From: Candidatus Omnitrophota bacterium
GTDB taxonomy: Bacteria > Omnitrophota > Gorgyraeia > Gygaellales > Profunditerraquicolaceae
DNA length: 64,000 nt
Assembly: GCA_026387335.1 (NCBI GenBank)
Contig: JAPLLX010000002.1
Location: 77,326-141,325 of the forward strand
Reading direction: 5' to 3'
Shown here: piece after piece, positions 36,543 to 45,800 of the stretch
Layout: the number at the start of each line of letters is the position of its first letter
Numbering within the stretch: position 1 is the first letter of the stretch
The notes under the pieces: generated by a model
Told to the model about the DNA's origin: nothing
What the model saw: the letters and a program-made list of their open reading frames with translations, nothing else
Database searches by the model: none
Program-made: the position numbers and the translations under genes

Positions 36543-37499
36543 ATGCAAAATAAAATTTTAGGTTTGTTAAAGAAAAAAGAGGGTTATGTTTCCGGCGAGG
36601 ATATAAGTGCTCATTTAAAAATAAGCCGCCAGGCGCTTTGGAAGCATATACAGGAGTTAAAAGATAAAGGTTACCTGATTGAAGCGGTCCCGCATTTAGG
36701 CTATCGCTTAAGCGCTAGCCCCGATAAGCTCTTTGAATTTGAAGTCGCCAGAGACTTAAATACAACGATTTTAGGGAAAAAGATCTTTTATTTTGAGACC
36801 TTAAGCTCGTCTATGGATAAGGCTATGGAGTTGGGGGTCAGTGGCGCAGCCAGCGGGACTTTGATTATGACTGAGACGCAGACCAAAGGCCGGGGTAGGT
36901 TGGGTAGGGTATGGTTCTCTCCAAAATATAAGGGTTTGTACTTCTCTTTGATTTTGCGGCCGGATATGCTTCCTACACAGGCATCTATCCTTACCTTGTT
37001 AAGCGCCGTAAGTATCTGTGAGGCGATTAAGGAAGTCAGCGGAATTGACGCGCAGATAAAATGGCCGAATGATATTTTAGTGCATAATAAAAAAATCGGC
37101 GGCATATTGACCCAGATAACCGCGGAGACTGATAAGATAAACTTTGTGAATATCGGTATCGGAATAAATGTGAATAATGATAAGAAAGCTTTAATAAGCA
37201 CGGCCACTTCCTTAAAAGAGCAAAAGAAAGAAGAGGTAAGCCGTATAAGCCTGTTACAAGAGATACTGCGCAGGATGGAAGCTAATTATTTAGCCTTAAA
37301 TAAAAAGGGAAGCGGCCCGATACTTGAGAAATGGCGCCAGTACGCTACTACTTTAGGCAGGCGGGTTAAAATATATTGCCGGAGTAAACATATTGAGGGA
37401 GAAGCGGTAGATATAGATACCGACGGTTCGCTTTTGTTACGCAGGGACTCCGGTTTTGTAGAAAAGGTTTCTGCCGGGGATGTGGTGCACTGCAGATAG
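36543..37499 (+). CDS. birA: Biotin-[acetyl-CoA-carboxylase] ligase / BirA repressor
   Basis: N-terminal HTH and the GRGRLGRVW biotinyl-AMP motif. Confidence 0.85.
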   Translation: MQNKILGLLKKKEGYVSGEDISAHLKISRQALWKHIQELKDKGYLIEAVPHLGYRLSASPDKLFEFEVARDLNTTILGKKIFYFETLSSSMDKAMELGVSGAASGTLIMTETQTKGRGRLGRVWFSPKYKGLYFSLILRPDMLPTQASILTLLSAVSICEAIKEVSGIDAQIKWPNDILVHNKKIGGILTQITAETDKINFVNIGIGINVNNDKKALISTATSLKEQKKEEVSRISLLQEILRRMEANYLALNKKGSGPILEKWRQYATTLGRRVKIYCRSKHIEGEAVDIDTDGSLLLRRDSGFVEKVSAGDVVHCR

Positions 37500-37528
37500 C
37501 CTATTGTAAACTATAATTAGATAATAAG

Positions 37529-37556
37529 TTGACAATAAGCCACGGCCATTTATAAT
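37529..37556 (+). promoter_or_regulatory. Near-consensus sigma70 promoter of the TonB-receptor gene; the ATG lies 7 nt after the -10 (leaderless transcript predicted)
   Basis: TTGACA (37529-37534), 16 nt, TATAAT (37551-37556); ATG at 37564. Confidence 0.55.
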
Positions 37557-37563
37557 ATGCCGT

Positions 37564-39357
37564 ATGCATAAGATAAAGTGGCACGGCTTATTTTTTGCAA
37601 TAATTCTAGCGGGTACTTTTTCTTTTGCCTTGGCGCAGGATGATACCTCGACAGACTTAGATAGAATAGTTGTTTCTAAGAGCAGAAACTTGTTTTCAGG
37701 CGGGTATTCTTTAAGTGCTGCCGACCTAGAAGCCCTTCCGGCAAGCTCAATTATTGAAGCAGTAGGTTCATTACCTTTAGATTTACAGAGCCGCTCACCG
37801 CACTCAGGGATCCAAGCAGATTTTTCTTTACGCGGGTCAAGTTTTCAGGATGTGCTTCTTCTTCTTAACGGCCGGCGGATTAACGATCCCCAGACAGCCC
37901 ATTTTAATTCCGATATTCCCTTTACCCGCGCGGATATCTCCAAGGCCCAGGTTTTGCCTTCAGCTTCTTCATCGCTTTTTGGCCCGGACGCGATAGGAGG
38001 GGCGGTTAATTTCATTATTAAAAGGCCGCAAGAGAAAAAATACGTTTTAGAATTATCCGGGGGCCAGCATAACACTTTTTCAGGGCTTTTTAGCGCCAGC
38101 GATAAGATTAAAGACTTGGGGTTAAGGCTATCCATAGAGAGAGCGCAGTCATCCGGGTTCCATGAGGACACAGATTATAAAAAATTTACCACAAGTATCG
38201 CTTCTTCTCTAGCCTTGCCGTTGGGCTCCTTTGATTTTAATATGGGGTATCAGCAAAAGGAATTCGGAGCGTTTGATTTTTATACCCCCGGAAAAAATAA
38301 TCCTTCCAAGGAGTGGACAAGGACGTATCTTTTAGATACCGGATTCAATTTAGATAAGGATGGTTTGGTGATTAAGCCGAATTTTATCTGGCGCAGGCAT
38401 TTTGATAAATTCCAGCTGGATAAAACAGGGGTGAAAAGTAATTTTGTCAGTAATCACCGTAACGACACATATACACCGAGTATTTATTTTCAAAAGGAAT
38501 TTTTAAGCCTGGGCAAACTCGGTTTTGGCCTGGAATATGGAGATGAACGTATTACCTCCACTACTTTAGGCAGGCACAATAGGGAGCACAAAAGCCTATT
38601 TATTGATGACGCGCTAGATTTAACTCCAGCGCTTTCTTCAGGCTTATCTTTTCGCCTGGATGATTTTGACAGTTTTAATACAGCTTATACCGGCTCCTTA
38701 ACCTTGCGCTACGAAATCCTTAGCCAAAACTTTTTGCATTTTGCGGTTTCCCGGAATATTCGCGTGCCTTCTTTTACCGAGCTTTATTATAGCGATGACG
38801 GTTATACTATAGGTAACTCTAATCTTTCAGCCGAGAAGTCCCTGAATTACGAAATCGGTTACGAAATCAAAAAAGAGAGATTTTCCTTTAGCCCGACACT
38901 ATTCTTCCGCAGGGAGGATGATTTTATTGACTGGGTAATGGCTGGTTCAAGATGGCAGGCTAAAAACATTTCCGGCGCGGATGTGCTTGGGATAGAAACT
39001 CGATTCGGATGGGAAATAAATAAAATTGCTAGCGTAAATACCAATTATACCTATATTAATAAATTCACGAATAATGAGTACCTTTTTAAATACGGGCCCA
39101 ACTATGCCCGGCACCTGTGGAATACCGAATTTGTCTTCCAGCTTCCTTTCGGCGCTCAAAGTATAGGTTTTACCTATAAAAAGAAACCCGGTCGAGACGG
39201 CTGGTTTCTGCTTAACGCCCGCGCAAACTTCAATTTAAATAAAAATACCTCTTTATTTATTACGGGGACAAACCTGCTTAATACCGGTTATCAGGAGATA
39301 GAGGGGATACCTCAGCCCGGAAGGTGGGTAGATTCCGGATTTAGGCTTGAATGGTAA
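37564..39357 (+). CDS. TonB-dependent outer-membrane receptor
   Basis: Signal peptide; plug-domain motifs (DRIVVSKSR, GPDAIGGAVNFI); C-terminal barrel ending in ...LEW. Confidence 0.8.
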   Translation: MHKIKWHGLFFAIILAGTFSFALAQDDTSTDLDRIVVSKSRNLFSGGYSLSAADLEALPASSIIEAVGSLPLDLQSRSPHSGIQADFSLRGSSFQDVLLLLNGRRINDPQTAHFNSDIPFTRADISKAQVLPSASSSLFGPDAIGGAVNFIIKRPQEKKYVLELSGGQHNTFSGLFSASDKIKDLGLRLSIERAQSSGFHEDTDYKKFTTSIASSLALPLGSFDFNMGYQQKEFGAFDFYTPGKNNPSKEWTRTYLLDTGFNLDKDGLVIKPNFIWRRHFDKFQLDKTGVKSNFVSNHRNDTYTPSIYFQKEFLSLGKLGFGLEYGDERITSTTLGRHNREHKSLFIDDALDLTPALSSGLSFRLDDFDSFNTAYTGSLTLRYEILSQNFLHFAVSRNIRVPSFTELYYSDDGYTIGNSNLSAEKSLNYEIGYEIKKERFSFSPTLFFRREDDFIDWVMAGSRWQAKNISGADVLGIETRFGWEINKIASVNTNYTYINKFTNNEYLFKYGPNYARHLWNTEFVFQLPFGAQSIGFTYKKKPGRDGWFLLNARANFNLNKNTSLFITGTNLLNTGYQEIEGIPQPGRWVDSGFRLEW

Positions 39358-39372
39358 AAGATTATTGCTATA

Positions 39373-39672
39373 ATGTTATCTATGTTTATTCATGTTGTTT
39401 TATTCCAGGTTAAGCCTAAAGAAGTGGCCAAATACCGCAAGGATAGCCTGATGTGGGCCAGTTATACTAAGAAAGCTAAAGGATTTGTGGCGTATTTTAC
39501 TATGAAGCGTTACGGTCGCCTTAATCAATACGCTTCAGTGTATGAATGGGATAGAAAAGTTGATCACAACCGCTTTATGAAGAAATACCACGATTGGTTG
39601 GTAAGCAAATCCAAAGCCAAGGTAAAAGTGCTGGGTTATTATAACCTTAAAGGCATAGATAGGCTAAGGTAA
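39373..39672 (+). CDS. Small hypothetical protein (ABM/dimeric alpha-beta-barrel-like?)
   Basis: 99 aa with no clear motif. Confidence 0.3.
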   Translation: MLSMFIHVVLFQVKPKEVAKYRKDSLMWASYTKKAKGFVAYFTMKRYGRLNQYASVYEWDRKVDHNRFMKKYHDWLVSKSKAKVKVLGYYNLKGIDRLR

Positions 39673-39688
39673 AAATACCTAAAAAAAC

Positions 39689-39716
39689 TTGAAATTCGCC
39701 TATTTTATGGTATACT
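39689..39716 (+). promoter_or_regulatory. Sigma70-like promoter of the giant gene
   Basis: TTGAAA (39689-39694), 16 nt, TATACT (39711-39716). Confidence 0.5.
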
Positions 39717-39782
39717 TTCTTAAGTTTTAGGTAGTTAGGATTAGCGTTCCCGCTGGAGGGCGGAAACGCGGAGAAGTCTATA

Positions 39783-39830
39783 AACCAGAATGCCACGAAC
39801 AAGGGTCGGCTTTCTGGTTTTTTATTTTCC
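39783..39830 (+). terminator. Terminator-like hairpin inside the 5' leader of the giant gene (candidate attenuator or riboswitch expression platform)
   Basis: AACCAGAA (39783-39790) ... TTCTGGTT (39812-39819), then TTTTTTATTTT; it sits about 35 nt upstream of the RBS and ATG at 39866. Confidence 0.4.
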
Positions 39831-39865
39831 GGTATTATTAAAGAGATTAAAAAAGGAGTTAGGGA

Positions 39866-42800
39866 ATGAAAGTCAAATTAAGAAAAATCCTATCTTTAGC
39901 TTTAACCATTAGTTTACTTTTTCAGCAAATAGGTTTTGCCCAGATAGCTACCGAACTTAACCTGGTCAATCACTTCGCCAGGATGGCTAGCAGTCTCACA
40001 GTAGAGAAATTTCGGCCCCTGCACCTGCGTTATTTCTCTTACGACAACTTAAATGACAATTTCAAGGTATTGGTGGATAAAGGTGACTTCGAGAAGGGAC
40101 TGTCCCCGAAGGGGGCTGTCCCTGAAGAGAAACTTAAAGAAGAAACCAAAACCCTCCTTAGCTACTTCCTTGTAGGAGTTACTCTTCCAGATAGTATGTT
40201 CTGGGTTAACCTGCGCCCTGATTCCGAAGACCAGATAATAGACCAGTATCTGGAGAAGACAGATATAGGTAAGATAATGCTGGAAGCAGATCTCCAGCTA
40301 AAGAAAGACACCGCGCTAATGACTTCTCCGGCTACCCCTGAAGGTAGGGAATACTGGGATAGGCTCTATAAGAAGGCAGCCGAGCTTTATGGCTATGATA
40401 ATGTTAGCATACCTACCTTAACCCGGCCCTGGATAGTCCCCGGAGAAATAATTGTCCGGGAATCTCAAGACTCAGCCTATGTTTATAAAGCTAATCTTAA
40501 GGTAATGCTGGAGCAGGATTACTTAAAAGATTCTAGTAACTATAACTTTAAAGACAGCCGCTCCAAAGCCCTGAATGAATACTCATCCGAACTAATAAGG
40601 GAATTAATTATCCCTAAGCTCACTAAAGAAGTAAACTCCAGCAAAAGATACGCTCCTTTACGCCAGGTATATTACTCTTTAATCCTGGCCCGCTGGTTTA
40701 AACTGCGCTTTAGCGGCAAAACCGGCACCTATGCTTCGCTCATTAACACTAGGAATTTAACTAACTTAATATCTAAAGACTCCTGGTCCAAGACCGATTA
40801 TTTTAAACAATACCAAAAATCCTTCTCTGAAGGCGAATACAATATCCAAGAACCAGTGCGTACCCCTACAGGCCAGGTAATCAGGAGTTACTTTAGCGGC
40901 GGGATAGATGTAGCTAGTAGCGCTATTAATACTCAGAATGGCGTTAGTAATCTTAAAGCGGCGTTGCCCCTTTCTTTGTTTTCTCGAACCGGAGTCATAA
41001 TAGGAGGAAATGCCGCAAGGCCTTTTAGCGTAAATCTGCAGCCCGTTGTTGCCGCTTCAGTCGGCGCCGCCTCGCCGGTTAAAACCTCTAGCCCGATATT
41101 TACTCTTGATGATAGAAATGGGGTAGTCTTTTCTGTTTATCCCAGAACAGAAATAAGAGAGGATCAACTAAGAGAGGCGGCGGAGGTTTTGAAAAACCGG
41201 ATTTTTAACTATCCAAAAAATGGCAAGATTATTGATATTCAGCTAGTCCCTGGCTCTAAGCGGCAGATAGCTTATCCTACGCGCTGGAAAATAGTTATAG
41301 AGCATAAGCCTGATTTAGAAGAAACTCTGGTTACATTAGTAAATGATCAGGGCAAAGTTATTATTAATATAGGCTATTCTATCGATAGTAAAGCGCTCGA
41401 TTTACCAGAAAAACTTCTTAACGAACACCTGCAGATGGCATTGATTAGCGCCGCATCCAGAATAAGGTTTAATTCACTGGCCGCCGCCTCGCCGGTTAGT
41501 TCATTAGAAAATCAAGCATATCTTCTTGCTTTAACCTTGGGCATAAAAGATTCAGAAAGGAAGTATGTCGCGGTGGTATTTATGATGCCTTTGATAAAAG
41601 CCTTTATGGATAATAGTAATCCTCCTCCGACTTCAAGCCAGGCCAAAGAATTCTATCAGAGAATAATAAATAATACAGACAAGACAGTTTCAGTTGAAGT
41701 TTTAGCCCGGTCGTTTGCTTTCCTTTCAAATCCGAACGCTAGCTTGTCGGAAAAAGAAAAATTCAACAGCTCGCCGGTGACTTCAAATTTAGCTAAGGCA
41801 GTTGAGGAAGCGCAAAGCCAGTTGCCGGCAGATGTAAATGAACAGATTTTAAAGTTTATTGTTACCGGCGATGAAAATGGAAGAATACTTTATCCTATTT
41901 GGCCGCAAGATTCTGTTATGGTCGGACATGTCAGAGATGACCGGGCTGGATATTTTGCCAGAGGCCTGCAGAATAGAGGCTTTAAAAATTTATTAGGATA
42001 TATTAAATTTACCAATGATTTCCAAGGTAAAGCTGTTTTGTCCGAAGAAACTATCGCTAGTGTTCCAAATACTTTTTTTGAGAGAATATCCAACAAGGGG
42101 TATCAAGTGTTGGTGATTTCTGAAGATGAGAAGAAAAGCCATACGGGTAAAAACGCTGCCGGTAGGAAAAAGGACGGGCTTTTCCCCGGGCAAAAACAGA
42201 TTGTAATACCTATGCAGAAATCTGAAATGGCCTATGTAGATACTCCCCAGATGAAAATGAAAGAATGCGCTGACGAGGTATTAAATGGACTGGATGACGA
42301 TGCTACAGATTTTATTTTAGTTAATCTGCTAAGTTCAGATATGATGAAACACACCGGTAACTTCCAAGCGGCAAAAAAAAGTAATGAAATAACCGACCAG
42401 CAGATCGGAAGAATAAAAGAAAAGGTTGATAGAATAAAAAGCCATATTCTGGGTGATATGATGAAAGAAGTCAATAAATACTTATCTAGAGAAGAGGCCA
42501 GTCAGCTTTATGTTTTACTATTGAATAATTATGCTGAATTTTTAGCAAGGCTGAAGAATAAAAACCAGGAGCTCTATAAACGGATAAAAGATTTAGAAGC
42601 CAAAATTCCCATCTTTGTTATTACTGCTGACCATGGCGCTTCTGAGGCAGGTCTCACTGATAATCCGAAGGAATCCGACACTTTCCATACAGCCAATCCA
42701 GTGCCGTATATTATTTATGATCCCCTAAGAACTCAAAAATTAGCTTTAAAGTCCGGACAGACCATCAGGAATAACGGGGCTACATTATTACACCTATTAG

Positions 42801-45800
42801 GCGAAGAGATCCCCCAAGGGTCTGATCCCAGCTTGCTGCCTGATGATTATCAAGGAAGTAAGCGTAGGATCACGATGGCTGTTTTGGATGGCTGGGGTAT
42901 AAACCCTGATCAGAATTATCCCTGGGATGCTATCCGGCTGGCCAATACACCTAATTATGACTGGATGGTTGAGAATGCGTCTTTCACTCAGGTCCAAGCG
43001 CACGGTGAAGTGATCGGATTAAGAGGCCCATTATCTTTGGAAGAAGGTAGACACCATTTAAGAGGCCTGCAAGCAGGCCAGACTGACGTTGGCCACCTGC
43101 ATTTGTTCTCACTGAGAGAGATTAAACAACCTTTATGGTATGTAGACAGGCTTATCAAAGGCAGTATACGCGATGGCGTTTTTGATGAAAGCAAACCCGA
43201 AGTCCAGGTATTGGTAAAAGAATTACAAAGGGTTAAGGATAATAATTTGAGATTTCATTATATAACCATCGCTTCTGAGGGTGGAGTGCATTCTTCGCTC
43301 TATCATATGTATGCCTTGATGAGATTAGCTAAGAAAATCGGCTTAAGGCAGGATCAATTTATTATCCATTTTGCCGCTGACGGTAGGGATGTGCCTACGC
43401 GCACCGCGCATCTATACATTCAGGATGTTGAAAAACGCATTGAAGAAATTGGAATAGGCGTAATTGCAACGGTATTTGGCAGGGATATGTTCGTACGTAA
43501 GGATGGCGCAGAAAATATCACTAATCGCATCATTGATGTAATGGAGGGTATTAATCTGGATGCGCAGGATGTCACGCAGGTAAAATCTGTCGCCAGCTCG
43601 GCGGTCACAGCAGTAGAATCTTTGAGAAATGATATTCTAACTAGGCTAAAAGAACGGATAAAAGATGATTCTGTTGTTAACCTGGTAAGGTCAAACTACT
43701 TATTTTATACGGCGAATACTCCTTCTAAATTAGCAAAGGCACTTGTTCAGATAGAAGAGAATCTGGATGGATTGATTATGTCTGCCACCGAAGAAAGATC
43801 GAGAGACCTGCAGACGCTCCAAGAATCAATAGAATCAGAACTGGCTAAACTTGTCTCCGTCGACTTGCCGGTGGAGACTATCAGTGAATTTGCAAAGATA
43901 GTTGAAAAACTGGCTGGTTATGGAGATGTAAGTTTTGATATATCGGGAACGGGAACTTTGAGAATACGCTATGCTGGTAATTTGTCTATGGTAGATAAGG
44001 TAGAAGCCGACAAGCTTCTGGTTAAGGCTAGAAAATTAATAGTAGAAGTTTCTTCTATAATAGGAAAAAAGATAAGCCAGTCATATGTGATGAAATTCCC
44101 GCAGGGGACTTTAGCTGCTAAGATAAGGGAAGATTTACTGCTTGAAAAAGCAAGGATATCAGAAAGTTTCGCCAGCTCGGAGGTTACTTATATAGACATA
44201 AATGAAGTAAGGCCGCCGGATAAGAGTTTTACTTTTCAACCCACAAATGGAGTGAGAATTTTTATTAATAATCGTGTCAATTGGTATACTCTGCAATTGG
44301 CTAGGTATGAGCCGGGAAAGAAGAATTATTTGATATTTAAGATTGGCAATCAACCTGTTCATTACGCTTACCTGAGCAGTAATCTTACAATTGGCCAACA
44401 GGATGTTGTTAGGACTATAATGAGAAAAATAGAGAATGGAACTCAGCTGTGGACAGAAATAGACTTAATCCAAGCGTTGGAAAAAGCATTATCTATGTCA
44501 CAATATAAGCCTAAAACTCAAGAATTACCGTCACCAATTATAATAGAACCTATTGTAGATAATAAAATTAAAGTGGAGTCGGGTGATTCAGAGCGCGCCA
44601 GCTCGCCGGTGCAGAAGGAAGAAAGATCGAACTATCTATTCTCTGGGTTACAGGAGGCAACCTTAGATGCAATTGGGGATATCCAGGGATTGGCAAGTTG
44701 GGCGCCTTTAATAGAAGAAGGCCCCAGCGGCGTAGAGCTAGGTATGGATATTATAATGAAGGAATACGGTTTAGATTCAGATAAGCCTATTCTTACGCAA
44801 CGATTAGCCGAACCAGGTAATTTTAAAGAGCTTTTGGAAAAAATCGATAAATTATATGAGTTTTTGGAAAAAAAATTAGAGAGCTTTTCTAAATTACTCG
44901 CTGATGTTAAAGAACAACAAAAGAAAATAATGACCCAGCATATAAGTAGTGTTAGCGACCAGGGTAAGGGTATAGAAAAAAGTTCCGTTTATTGGGGGAG
45001 TGAGTTTGTTTTAGAAGTTGCAATTAATAACATTGAAATAGCAATGCTTAAGTTAAGGCAAGCTGTTGAGAAAGTCAAAGGAGATATAGCTATTGTACCC
45101 AACTCATATATCGGGACTAAATTAAAGGAAGGCGCCAGCTCGGCGGTAACCAGAGAGAAAAAAGAGTCAGTTAACCTTTTAGGCGGAAGCACGCAAAAAA
45201 GAGTGCTTAGGGTTTATGAAGAGAAGGGCAGAGATTTAATAGCTACAGCCCTAGCTACAGGCCTTACTTTGGATATTGTATCTGAGTATGTTAAGGACGC
45301 CAAGCGTAATCCGGCCAGCTCGGCGGTGACGGAAAAAATTAAGGAAACGTTTCGCCAAGGAGGACTTTCCTTGAGTGAGTATACTATGGATTATATCGCG
45401 AAAAGGTTAAGCTCCATATTAAAGGATGGCGATGATATTGATAGAGATACTGCTGCTAAAATATTAATTAGCGTATATGATAATAATAAGCTTGCGGGTG
45501 GAACTCGAGCCCTCGGTCAAGTGTTTGCAACGCTTAATGATGCCAGGGAATTGCGGGAAATGGTAAAATACATCCGCGATCAGAAGGATAAATCTGTTGC
45601 CAGCTCGGCGGTGCATCATAAAATAATCAACCTCTACGATTTTGATTCTATCAAGGCGAAGAAAATAGATCCAAGTATTTTAAAAAATAGATTCATAGAG
45701 AAAATAGAAGAATTAATAGCAGATGTAAGGGAAGGTAAGAGAAGAGAATTTGCCGGTGAGTTGATACGATTAGCGAAAGCTGATGAGAACCTTTATACGA

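Noticed and set aside
39720-39830. Attempt to assign the giant-gene leader to a known riboswitch class (preQ1, glycine, c-di-GMP, ZTP)
   Set aside because: No convincing match to the conserved cores of those aptamers by eye. It is kept only as a generic structured leader / attenuator candidate.
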